Numbered from the stretch's first letter, positions 1-8,500 are shown. The stretch is 64,000 nt of DNA from Myxococcales bacterium UBA1660 (GCA_002320815.1 DCLA01000083.1:1285-65284); one strand, 5' to 3'. The notes: generated from the letters alone by a model not told the origin. Program-made: numbers and translations.

Positions 1-2849
1 CAGCGCTCGAGCTGCTCCAACGCGTCGAGGGCGACGATCCGCCGGGTGTCCTGGTGCCAGGGCATCCCCGTGCAGGCCTCGCCCTGCAGGAGCACCCCGG
101 CCCGTTCGGAGCGCGCCACCGCCGCCTCGAGCCGCCCCTCCATCCAGGCCACCCCGGCGCGCGAGAGCTCGACCTCCGCCTCGATCCGCGGATCGGCGTG
201 TTCGGCGACGAGCGCATCGATGACCTCCAGGATGCGCTGCGTCCGCTTCGGGTCGTACCAGCCCCCCGCGGTCTGGACCGCGTGGATGCAGAGCGCCCGC
301 GCGAGCCGGTGCGGATCCCCGCAGGCCAACGCCTCGCGGACGTGGTCCACCTGGAGATGCGCCGAGGGCAACGGGTCGGTCATGCTCAACCCCAGGGTCG
401 CGGCGTGCAGACCGTCGACCCGCGCGTCGAGGTGGGGGCGCCGCACGAGCCGGTCCACCACCGACGGCTCCAAGCGGCGGGTCGGCCCGAGGGCCTGGGC
501 CGAGACCACCCGCGCGATCGAGAGCACCTTGTTGGTGGGGAAGTCCACCCCGACCCGCGCGAGCACGTCCCGCATCCGGGCGATCCCGCGGTCGATCGCG
601 CCCCCGTAGAGGAGCTGTTCGGCCGCGCGGCGCTCGTGCTCGGGCGCGCGCTGCGGCTCGAGGCGCGCCAGCCGCTGGTGCGCCTCGGCCGCTTCGTGGC
701 TGCGACCCGCTCCGACGAGGGCCTCGGCGCGGGCTCGCTCGACCGCGGCGCGCTGCTCGCTCGGCACCCCACACTCCAGCGCGAGCGCGTAGAGGTCGGC
801 CGCGCGGGCGAAGGCCAGCGCGTCCGCCGCTTCCCGGGCCCCCTCGAGGGCGCGGGGTCGCGCCTCGTCCACGCGCCCAGCCTCGAAGAGATGCCGCGCC
901 ACCACGTCGGCCCCCCCGCCATGCCGCTCCAGCGCGTGACCCAGGGCGAGGTGGAGCTGCCGCCGCTCGTCCTCGGGGATGGTCTCCAGGACGGCCTCGC
1001 GGACCCAGGAGTGGTAGGGCTCGACCGTCTCCATCGCGCGTTCGAGGCGCGCGGTGGCCAAGCGGCGAGTGCGGAGCTCGTGGAGCTCGGCGAGGTACTC
1101 GCCCTCGCTCAGCGCGCACGCGTCGATGAGCGCGCTCGGACCCAGCGGCCCGCGACCGAGCGCGACCGCGTGGAGCATGCGTCGGCCGGCGGGTCGCAGC
1201 TCGTTCTCGCGATGTTCGATCAGCCGCGCTCGCCATCCCTTGGCGTGCTCCGGCACCTCGTCCAGCTCCGCGAGGTCCGCGATCTCCCGCGCGAGGTAGG
1301 GGTTCCCCTCGGCGGCGCTGACGACCTCGGCGCGCACCTGGATCGACTCGCCGAGCTCGGCCCGGAGCAGGTCCCCCACCGCGCCCGCGCTCAGGGGCCC
1401 GAGGGCGAAACGCTCCGGCGCCCCCACCTGCGCGCGCTCCAGCGCCGCCGGTCCGGCGGCGCCCCGCTGATCGGAGCGCAGGGTGGCCATCAAGCGGACC
1501 CGATGCCCCTGGAGGCTCGCCAGGACCGCGCCGAGGTCGGCGCCGCTGCCAGCGTCCGCCCACTGGAGATCGTCGACGAAGAGGACGATGGACTGGAGCT
1601 CCGCCACGCGCGCCAGCACCCGTCCCAACGACTCGAGGGCCGCCCGTCGACGCGCCGCCCGGCTCCGCTCGTCGGGCTCCTGGCGCCCGCGAGGAAGCAG
1701 CGAACGGAGGGCGGGCACCAGCGCGCCGAGCGCCGGATCGACATCCTCGAGGATGACCCGGAGCTCGCTGCGGTGGAGCTCCTCGAGGTAGGTCACGAGC
1801 CCGTCGACCAGCTCGTCGAGGGCCCGGCCGGCCAGGGCGTCGCCGGGATGGCAGCGGGCCTCCAGCACCAGCCTCCCCTCGCGGCGGAGTCGCCGCGCCA
1901 AGCGCCCCGCGAGGGTGGACTTGCCGATGCCCGACGGGCCCTCGATCCACACCCCCCGAGCGCCGGAGCCGTCGAGCAACTCGCGAAGACGCTGGAGCTC
2001 GGGCTCGCGCCCCACGAAGACCTTGGGTTCCCGGGTGCGCCCAGGTCGCTCCACCCCGAAGACCTCCAGGATGAGCCCGCTCGAGGGTCGGGCCTCCGGG
2101 TCCCGGCGCATCATCGCCGCGCACAGGGCCCCCAGCTCCCCGGAGGGGTCGCGCTCGCCGGCCGCGGCGTGGTCGCGCGGATCGGGCCCGTCGCCCAGGG
2201 TGCGGGCCGCGATGATCTCGCTGAGGTTGTCTCCGTCGAAGGCGGGGATCCCCACCAGGGCCTCGTAGAGGATGGCCCCGAAGCTGTACCAGTCCGCCGT
2301 CGGCCCAGCGTGTTCCCCGGCCCAGAGCTCGGGCGCAGAGTACGCCACGGTCCCGTGGGAGCGGGGCACCGGCCCGGCGTCGGGGTCCGTGGGGCGCACC
2401 ATCCCGAAGTCGCCCACCAGGACCCGACCGTCCTCGGCGAGGAAGGCGTTGGACGGCTTCAGGTCACCGTGGATCAGCCCGGCGCGATGGAGGGCATCGG
2501 TCGCAGCCGCCAGCTGCCCGAAGATGGACCGCAGATCACCCGTCGCGCCGGCCCCGAGCCAGTCGTCGAGGGAGCGCCCGCGGACCAGCTCCATGGTGAA
2601 AAAGCACGCCTCGTCTTCGCCGTGCAGCTCGTAGAGCGACACCAGGTTCGGGTGCCCCAGGTGAGCCATGGCGCGGAACTCGCGCTTGAAGAGACGGAGG
2701 CTGGCGGGGTCGGTCGCCACCAGGTGTTTCAGGGCGACCTCGGCGCCGTAGCGCTGGTCGCGGGCCTGATAGACCACACCGAACGCCCCAGCACCTAGCC
2801 GCTTTTGGAGGTGAAAGCGATCGCCCAAACGGGGTAGGCGCTCCATCAT
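1..2849 (-). CDS. Ser/Thr protein kinase fused to an AAA_16/STAND-type ATPase and helical repeats; C-terminus lies beyond the window start
   Basis: Not in the ORF track because there is no stop in the window. My minus-strand translation from the ATG at 2849 reads MMERLPRLGDRFHLQKRLGAGAFGVVYQA. Kinase motifs HGDLKPSN and DFG are present, then Walker A GPSGIGKST and Walker B LFVDDLQWAD. The plus-strand ORF 54..2798 is its Arg/Pro-rich shadow. Confidence 0.85.
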   Translation of the reverse strand, partial: MMERLPRLGDRFHLQKRLGAGAFGVVYQARDQRYGAEVALKHLVATDPASLRLFKREFRAMAHLGHPNLVSLYELHGEDEACFFTMELVRGRSLDDWLGAGATGDLRSIFGQLAAATDALHRAGLIHGDLKPSNAFLAEDGRVLVGDFGMVRPTDPDAGPVPRSHGTVAYSAPELWAGEHAGPTADWYSFGAILYEALVGIPAFDGDNLSEIIAARTLGDGPDPRDHAAAGERDPSGELGALCAAMMRRDPEARPSSGLILEVFGVERPGRTREPKVFVGREPELQRLRELLDGSGARGVWIEGPSGIGKSTLAGRLARRLRREGRLVLEARCHPGDALAGRALDELVDGLVTYLEELHRSELRVILEDVDPALGALVPALRSLLPRGRQEPDERSRAARRRAALESLGRVLARVAELQSIVLFVDDLQWADAGSGADLGAVLASLQGHRVRLMATLRSDQRGAAGPAALERAQVGAPERFALGPLSAGAVGDLLRAELGESIQVRAEVVSAAEGNPYLAREIADLAELDEVPEHAKGWRARLIEHRENELRPAGRRMLHAVALGRGPLGPSALIDACALSEGEYLAELHELRTRRLATARLERAMETVEPYHSWVREAVLETIPEDERRQLHLALGHALERHGGGADVVARHLFEAGRVDEARPRALEGAREAADALAFARAADLYALALECGVPSEQRAAVERARAEALVGAGRSHEAAEAHQRLARLEPQRAPEHERRAAEQLLYGGAIDRGIARMRDVLARVGVDFPTNKVLSIARVVSAQALGPTRRLEPSVVDRLVRRPHLDARVDGLHAATLGLSMTDPLPSAHLQVDHVREALACGDPHRLARALCIHAVQTAGGWYDPKRTQRILEVIDALVAEHADPRIEAEVELSRAGVAWMEGRLEAAVARSERAGVLLQGEACTGMPWHQDTRRIVALDALEQLER

Positions 2850-2910
2850 CCCGCTCACTCACCCTCTCTTATCACGAACGTCGATCGACCGGCGTTCGCA
2901 ATGGGGGTGA

Positions 2911-4923
2911 ATGCATACATTTCCGGAGAGCGTCCGACAGTATCGCCGCGATGAGGGGCTGCAGAGCGTAGCACTCGCGGGCGACGAGATCCCGAGTGAC
3001 TTGCGGGGGGCTGTCTTCATCGTGGGACCCGCAGGAGCAGAGGGTCGCCCGTCCGGTTCGGACACCCCCTTTCTCAACGGGGACGGTTGCCTCTATCGAA
3101 TGACCTTCGACGAAGACGGCGCCCATCTGGACTGGCGGATGCTCCAGCCTCCTTGCTGGTGGGCCGAGAAGCTCACCCGCGACGACCCGCGCCTGGCGCA
3201 GCCTTTCGAGGACCGGGGGATCGCGCGGATCTCCAGCGAAGCGGTGGGCGGGCGCAACATGCTCAACACGGCGCTCCAGGCCATCCGCTTCGGCGCGGCT
3301 CCGGAGCGGCTGCTGGTCACCTACGAGAGCGGTCGTCCCTACGAGGTGTGTCCCTCGACGCTCCGCCTGGTCACGCCCGTGGGCGAGCGGGACAAGTGGC
3401 TCCCCACGCTCTTCCCGGACGCGCCCTTCGCGATGATCAGCGCGACCTCGCACCCCGCCTGGGACCCCACTCGCGAGCGGGTCTACGCCATGAACTTCGT
3501 CCGCGGGTGGCACATCTACGCCAAGCGGCTGGCGCGAGCGTTCTCCACCGGCTGGCGCCCCCAGCGCGGGTTCCTCCGAGCGGTCTCCGAGATCCGCCGG
3601 AACGCGACCGAGACCGCAGCGGAGACGCTCACGGCCCTGGTCACCGGGCCCGCCATCGCGCGGGCCGCCATCTCCCGCTTCCGCCGCCTCGCCGGTGGGT
3701 CGCTACCCGAGACCGACGCTCGACTGGTCATCTGGGACGGCGCGAACGAGCCCAAGACGATCCCCGTCCACGACGCCAAGGGGAAGCCCCTCGAATTCGT
3801 GGAGAGCGCTCACCAGATGGTCGTGACCGACCAGCACCTCCTGGTGATCGACGCCGCGTTCAAGTTCGAGATGGACCTGGTGCTCCCGGATCTCAGCCGG
3901 AAGCTCCCGGCGTGGACCCTCCGCTTCATCCGTCAGCGCTTGTCCCGGCGGCAACCGTCGACGACTCGACTGCACATCATCCCCCTGGCCGCGATCGACG
4001 CGGCAGAGCAGACCGGGGATGCGGTCCGAGCCTCCACCGTCGAGCTGAACGCCTCGGTGGTCCACTGCTTCGCCGACCGCGACGATCGGGGCGGCACGAA
4101 GCTCGTCCTGCACGTCATCGACAACGCCGGCGCCGACAGCTCCGAGTTCCTCCTGGCCAACGACCTCTGGGAACTCCGGGGCGGCTCGCTTCCCCCCGAG
4201 ACCCTGGGGATGATGCCTACCGGGACCGACCTGGACCGTCTGGCCCGCTTCGAGATCGACCTCGAGGAGGGGCGGCCCGGGAGGTGCCGGAAGACCCACG
4301 AGCTATGCGATCCCGACGGCACCTGGACCATCGCGCTGGCCTCGGGTCCCGGCATCGCGACGAGCGACGCCCGGGACCGCGTCGGCGACCTCTTCTTCTA
4401 CACCCACGGGCTGATGCCCACCGCGCTGTCCGAGCTGGTGTGGGACCTCTACCGCGGCTCCAATCGGCGGATCATGGATTTGCGCGAGGTGCGTCGGCGC
4501 TTGGAGCAGGGCGGCACCTCCGCGACCCTCGGCCACTATCACGGCGACGGCAGCCTCACGATCGGCCACACGCTCCCCAAGGGGTGGCTGCTGCTCTCGC
4601 CCCAGTGGGTCCCGTCGACCACCGAGGGCCACCCGGGCTATGTGGTGGCGGCGGTGTTCGGGCCCCGGGCCGACGACAAGGAAGTCTGGATCTTCCACGC
4701 CGGCACGCTGGGTGAACCCGTCGCGAAGCTCCGGGCTCGGCAGGGAGTGCTCCCGTGGGGCTACATCGTGCACTCCACCTTCATGCGGGAAGTGCACGAG
4801 GCGCCAGGCGACTACGCGATCTCCCCGCGCGAGGACCTGGCCCCCTGGGCGGGTACGCCGCTGGTGGACGCGGTCATCGAAGCCATGGAAGACGAGACGC
4901 CGCTGGCGGCCGCGGCCGAGTGA
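2911..4923 (+). CDS. carotenoid-cleavage-oxygenase (RPE65/CCD) family protein, unusually long (670 aa)
   Basis: ORF 2911..4923 with GGGGG upstream of the ATG. Four His-containing blocks occur in the family order: TSHPAWDP, AHQMVVTDQHLLVID, VVHCFADRDD, GYIVHSTF. There is also an N-terminal LNGDGCLYRM block. Confidence 0.6.
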   Translation: MHTFPESVRQYRRDEGLQSVALAGDEIPSDLRGAVFIVGPAGAEGRPSGSDTPFLNGDGCLYRMTFDEDGAHLDWRMLQPPCWWAEKLTRDDPRLAQPFEDRGIARISSEAVGGRNMLNTALQAIRFGAAPERLLVTYESGRPYEVCPSTLRLVTPVGERDKWLPTLFPDAPFAMISATSHPAWDPTRERVYAMNFVRGWHIYAKRLARAFSTGWRPQRGFLRAVSEIRRNATETAAETLTALVTGPAIARAAISRFRRLAGGSLPETDARLVIWDGANEPKTIPVHDAKGKPLEFVESAHQMVVTDQHLLVIDAAFKFEMDLVLPDLSRKLPAWTLRFIRQRLSRRQPSTTRLHIIPLAAIDAAEQTGDAVRASTVELNASVVHCFADRDDRGGTKLVLHVIDNAGADSSEFLLANDLWELRGGSLPPETLGMMPTGTDLDRLARFEIDLEEGRPGRCRKTHELCDPDGTWTIALASGPGIATSDARDRVGDLFFYTHGLMPTALSELVWDLYRGSNRRIMDLREVRRRLEQGGTSATLGHYHGDGSLTIGHTLPKGWLLLSPQWVPSTTEGHPGYVVAAVFGPRADDKEVWIFHAGTLGEPVAKLRARQGVLPWGYIVHSTFMREVHEAPGDYAISPREDLAPWAGTPLVDAVIEAMEDETPLAAAAE

Positions 4924-4926
4924 GGT

Positions 4927-6375
4927 TCAGGCGCGCTCGATCTGATGATCGCGGATCAGGTTGTACACGTGGGTCCGCGTGAGCTGGAGCCGCCGGGCCG
5001 CCTCGGACACGTTCCAATCGCACTCCTCGAGGATGGCCACCAGATGCCGGCGCTGGAAGCGGCGGGTCGCCTCGTTCCACGCGTCGATGGCCGGCGCCGA
5101 CGGGCGCCCGCCGAAGAGGTCCTCGACGCCGATCTCGCGGGAGCCGCGGAGGTGGGCGTCGAGGCTCGCCGACTCCAGCCGATTGCCGAGCTCGCGCACG
5201 TTGCCTCGCCACTCGTGAGCCAGGAGCGCGCGCTTCGCGCCCGCGCTCAGCCGCTTCAGCTCGAGGCCATTGCGGTCGGCGGTCCGGCGTAGCAGAGCGG
5301 CGGCGAGGGGCAGCAGGTCGTCCTGGCGCTCGGCCAGCGAGGGCACGCGGACCTGCAGCACGTCGAGACGATAGTAGAGGTCTTCGCGGAACCGCTTCTC
5401 CGCGACGGCTTCGGCGAGGTCCTGGTTGGTCGCGGCCACCACCCGCACGTCGGCTTCGTGGAGCTTCGGGTCCCCGAGCCGGTGGTACGTTCGCGACTGG
5501 AGGAGCTGGAGCAGCTTCGCTTGCGCGCCCAACGCCAGCTCACCGATCTCGTCGAGGAAGAGGGTGCCCCCTTCCGCCGCGGCCACCTTGCCGGTCACGC
5601 CACCGCGATGGGCCGTCGAGTGGCCCCCGGCGTCGGCGCCGAAGAGCTCGTTCTCCACCAGGTTCTCGGGGATCGCCGCGCAGTTCAGCGCGACGAAGGG
5701 CCCGTTCGCGCGCGGCCCCGCCCGATGGATGCACTCGGCCAGGAGCGTCTTCCCGGTCCCCGTCGGCCCGGTGAGCAAGAGCTGCACGTCGAGGGCGGCG
5801 GCGAACCGGCACCGGTTGACCACATCGGCCATCGCCTGACTCGTGAAGAGGACGGGCGCGAAGGCCCCTTCGCCCCGACTGGGCGGCGCCGCCGTGAGCA
5901 GCTCGTCGATGTGGGGACCGAGAGCCCGGGTGAAGTAGGCGAGGTAGCTCCGCACGGCCGGGGTGTGCCGCGCCAGGGCGCCCCCCTGGAGGTAGACCAC
6001 CCCGTGCTCTTCCCCCAGCGGCGCGCACACGACGGCCTCGATCCCGTTGCGCTGCACGCTGTCCAGCTCCCCGAAGCGGGGATCGGCCACCGCCGACGCC
6101 GTCACCACGATCTCCCCCGACGCCAGCGCCTCGGCGATGATGCCGGTGGACACCGTGCTCCGGATCGCGTCCAGGCGAACGTCGTCGACTCCGCTCGACG
6201 CCCCCCACCGGCGCTCACCGTCGCGGAACTCCAGATAGGCTTCCCGCGCGTCCGTGACCTCGAGGAGTGCTGCGAGCGCGAGCTGGAGCAGCCGCTCGGG
6301 CTCCCGGACTTCCGCGAGGTCGAGCAACTGCCGATAGAACGCGGCGTCGATCCCCTCGGTGCGCTCGAACCTCAC
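4927..6375 (-). CDS. GAF-domain AAA+ transcriptional regulator of the NtrC / sigma-54-activator family with a C-terminal Fis-type HTH; GAFTGA loop degenerate
   Basis: C-terminal two thirds of ORF 4927..6903. Motifs are Walker A GPTGTGKT, Walker B LFLDEIGE, DLYYRL, GNVREL and HTH NVSEAARRLQLTRTHVYNLI. I place the start at the GTG at 6375, preceded by AGGGGGGAA; the alternative GTG is at 6396. The upstream part of the ORF is Arg-rich non-coding read-through. Confidence 0.85.
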   Translation of the reverse strand: MRFERTEGIDAAFYRQLLDLAEVREPERLLQLALAALLEVTDAREAYLEFRDGERRWGASSGVDDVRLDAIRSTVSTGIIAEALASGEIVVTASAVADPRFGELDSVQRNGIEAVVCAPLGEEHGVVYLQGGALARHTPAVRSYLAYFTRALGPHIDELLTAAPPSRGEGAFAPVLFTSQAMADVVNRCRFAAALDVQLLLTGPTGTGKTLLAECIHRAGPRANGPFVALNCAAIPENLVENELFGADAGGHSTAHRGGVTGKVAAAEGGTLFLDEIGELALGAQAKLLQLLQSRTYHRLGDPKLHEADVRVVAATNQDLAEAVAEKRFREDLYYRLDVLQVRVPSLAERQDDLLPLAAALLRRTADRNGLELKRLSAGAKRALLAHEWRGNVRELGNRLESASLDAHLRGSREIGVEDLFGGRPSAPAIDAWNEATRRFQRRHLVAILEECDWNVSEAARRLQLTRTHVYNLIRDHQIERA

Positions 6376-6412
6376 CTGTTCCCCCCTGCCATTCACTCGT
6401 TGCAACTCGTAG

Positions 6413-6432
6413 GTGTTCACAAATATTAACAC
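6413..6432. promoter_or_regulatory. inverted repeat GTGTT-N10-AACAC in an AT-rich patch (candidate UAS/operator)
   Basis: Read directly: gtgttcacaaatattaacac. It is centred about 99 nt upstream of the predicted sigma-54 start site and 17-38 nt upstream of the divergent regulator start codon. Confidence 0.35.
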
Positions 6433-6448
6433 GCAAATCGGCCCCAGC

Positions 6449-6466
6449 TGACAACTTTTGTTGTCA
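6449..6466. promoter_or_regulatory. perfect palindrome TGACAAC-TTTT-GTTGTCA (candidate regulator or bending-protein site)
   Basis: Read directly: 7-bp arms with a 4-nt spacer and no mismatch, centred about 64 nt upstream of the predicted sigma-54 start site. Confidence 0.4.
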
Positions 6467-6495
6467 CCCACCTGAGGATCGCCCTTCGACCCACC

Positions 6496-6510
6496 TGGCA
6501 CGCCCCTTGT
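6496..6510 (+). promoter_or_regulatory. sigma-54 (-24/-12) type promoter for the LuxR-type gene
   Basis: TGGCACGCCCCTTGT versus the consensus TGGCACG-N4-TTGC (one mismatch, at the last position). GG and the -12 dinucleotide are separated by 10 nt. It lies 28 nt upstream of the ATG at 6538, with GGAGG in between. Confidence 0.6.
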
Positions 6511-6537
6511 TGAGGAGCGCCCCCGGAGGGCAGGAGT

Positions 6538-6981
6538 ATGGAAACTTCGCAGGGTGTCGGAATGCAGCTCGTGGACGAGGCTGGTGTGGTCCAATGGGCG
6601 CGAGGTGAGAACTGGTCCATCCCCGCCGACGTCTGGACGCGGCTTCGGCGCGAGCTCGACCGCAAGGACACGTGCACCCTCCCGTTCGGCAAGGAGCACG
6701 TGGTGGACGCCTGGCTCCTCACCCCCCCCGAGGGGCTGACGGGCCATCGGACGCTCTTGCGACTCCGCGCGCGGCCGGCGTGGATGGAGACCTGCGAGCT
6801 GACCGAGCGGCAGATGGAGATCGCCGAGTTGGTCACCGGCGGCGCCACCATCCGCGAGGTCGCCGGCCACCTGGGCCTCAGCACGCACACCGTGCGGACC
6901 CACGTGCGGAACATCTACCGCGTCCTGGGGGTGGGCAACCGTCTCGAGCTCGCCCGCTCCCTCTCGTTCCTCCGCGCCTGA
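6538..6981 (+). CDS. small LuxR/GerE-family HTH transcriptional regulator with an uncharacterised ~85-aa N-terminal domain
   Basis: ORF 6538..6981. C-terminus reads LTERQMEIAELVTGGATIREVAGHLGLSTHTVRTHVRNIYRVLGVGNRLELA. Confidence 0.85.
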   Translation: METSQGVGMQLVDEAGVVQWARGENWSIPADVWTRLRRELDRKDTCTLPFGKEHVVDAWLLTPPEGLTGHRTLLRLRARPAWMETCELTERQMEIAELVTGGATIREVAGHLGLSTHTVRTHVRNIYRVLGVGNRLELARSLSFLRA

Positions 6982-6988
6982 CCTGCCC

Positions 6989-7561
6989 TCAGGCGCCGAG
7001 GTGCTCGATCAGGATCTTGGTCCCCAGCCCGATGAGCACCAGCCCCCCCACGACGTCCAACCGGCTGCCCAGCATCGCGCCGAAGCGTCGCCCCGCGTAG
7101 AGCCCCGCCACGCTGAGCGCCGCGGTGGTGATCCCGATGGTCAAGAGCGTCAGCACGATGGGGGCGTGGAGCATCGGGAGCGTCACCCCGACGGCGAGCG
7201 CGTCGATGCTCGTGGCCACCGCGAGCACCAGCATCAGCCGGAGCCCGAAGGGGTCGGCCTCCTCCTCCTCGTCGTCCTCGTCTTCGTCGCCGCTCCAAGC
7301 CTCCCGGAGCATGTTCGCCCCGATGAGCCCCAACAGCCCGAACGCGATCCAGTGATCCCAGCGCTCCACCACCGACCCGAGCTGCGCCCCGACGATCCAG
7401 CCCACGAGCGGCATCAGGGCCTGGGACCCGCCGAAGAAGAGGGCCACCATCGCGACGTGCCGGAGGCGGATCCGCGGAACGGCGAGCCCGCGCGTCGCGC
7501 TCACGGCGGTCGCGTCCATGGCCAGCCCGATGGAGAGAACGAGGATCGACGCAAACGACAT
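6989..7561 (-). CDS. mntP: manganese efflux pump MntP (DUF204 family)
   Basis: Internal ATG at 7561 of ORF 6989..7903. Protein reads MSFASILVLSIGLAMDATAVS...SIDALAVGVTL (duplicated DUF204 halves) with six hydrophobic segments and an acidic central loop GDEDEDDEEEEAD. Confidence 0.85.
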   Translation of the reverse strand: MSFASILVLSIGLAMDATAVSATRGLAVPRIRLRHVAMVALFFGGSQALMPLVGWIVGAQLGSVVERWDHWIAFGLLGLIGANMLREAWSGDEDEDDEEEEADPFGLRLMLVLAVATSIDALAVGVTLPMLHAPIVLTLLTIGITTAALSVAGLYAGRRFGAMLGSRLDVVGGLVLIGLGTKILIEHLGA

Positions 7562-7610
7562 CGGCGAGCATCCTAGGGCCCGCCCCTCCGATCCGCGAGC
7601 CGACGCCCCC

Positions 7611-8435
7611 ATGCCCGTCATCTTTCGTACCCGCGACTCCCTGCACGTCCACCCGCTCACGGCATCGGTCCACCCGCTCACGTCGGTCGACCCCAAGGAG
7701 CACCTCTTTCGGAAGCTCGGCCACGGCTTCCACGGGACCGCGCCCTTCACCCTCGACCTGGACGCCTCGGACCGCCTCTTCTGGGAGAGACGAGGCGTCG
7801 ACGCGCTTACCCCGGAGACCATCGCGCCGCTGACCAAATACCGCTTCCCCCTCCACGAGCTCCGGCGGCTCATCGTGCGGCCCCACTTCCCCGGCTTCGC
7901 CATCGAAGTGCGCGGGCCGGGGGGGTTCTCGGAGAGCTACGCGTTCGAGGAGCCGTCCTTGCCGGAGCTCGTCGCCGGCCCCCCCACCGACGAAGTTCGC
8001 GCCTACGAGCGCAGCGTCGCGGACCTCTGGACGGAGTGGCACCGGGAACGTTGGGGCCGCACCGACTCCGAACGCGGTTGGCTCGATCTCCCCGCCGTGG
8101 CCTGGGACCCCGCCGAGTGGCCCGCCCGCCACGCCGACGCGGTGGGCTATCGCGAGGCCGCGGGCGGCATCCGCATCCTCGCCGAGCGCGACGCCGGCAG
8201 CACCTGGGAGCGATTCGCCCGCGCGCTCCTCCCCGGCGGCCGGCGCTCGCCCGAGCGCGTGGCCATCACCCGCGAAGGGATCTTCGCCGACTTCCGCGGC
8301 AGGGTCTTCTGGCTCCCCCGCGGTCTGCCCCACTGGGAGTCGGCCGACATGCACGTCTTCGGGCGCCACGCCGGCTTCGTCCTCGAGGAGCGCGGCGCCC
8401 CCTGCCCGGTGACCCGCCTGCTCCGCGGCGAGTGA
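7611..8435 (+). CDS. hypothetical protein
   Basis: ATG at 7611 inside ORF 7518..8435, with strong GC3 codon bias. I recognise no motif. It contains the in-frame heptapeptide duplication VHPLTAS/VHPLTSV. Confidence 0.6.
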   Translation: MPVIFRTRDSLHVHPLTASVHPLTSVDPKEHLFRKLGHGFHGTAPFTLDLDASDRLFWERRGVDALTPETIAPLTKYRFPLHELRRLIVRPHFPGFAIEVRGPGGFSESYAFEEPSLPELVAGPPTDEVRAYERSVADLWTEWHRERWGRTDSERGWLDLPAVAWDPAEWPARHADAVGYREAAGGIRILAERDAGSTWERFARALLPGGRRSPERVAITREGIFADFRGRVFWLPRGLPHWESADMHVFGRHAGFVLEERGAPCPVTRLLRGE

Positions 8436-8478
8436 CGGCGGAGCGGGGGCTTCCCAGTCCGACTGCCCGCCGCCCGCT

Positions 8479-8500
8479 GCCCGACTGCCCGCTGTCGGGC
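8479..8500. terminator. GC hairpin between convergent genes
   Basis: GCCCGAC-tgcccgct-GTCGGGC, a 7-bp stem. There is no T-tract, so the call is weak. Confidence 0.3.

Noticed and set aside
54-2798. Very long ORFs antisense to real genes. This one is 914 aa; similar ones are 8147..11299, 11977..15567, 29565..33692, 40132..42231, 58418..60499, 6915..8369, 24956..26851 and 52501..54318.
   Set aside because: Their translations are Arg/Pro/Gly/Ala-rich low-complexity strings without motifs. They lie exactly opposite ORFs with clear family signatures and proper GC3 bias. These are the typical shadow ORFs of a ~70% GC genome.
7562-7720. yybP-ykoY manganese riboswitch upstream of mntP.
   Set aside because: The mntP leader before the divergent gene start is only about 50 nt. 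The reverse-complement sequence lacks the conserved GGGGAGUAG and GAGACA-type blocks.
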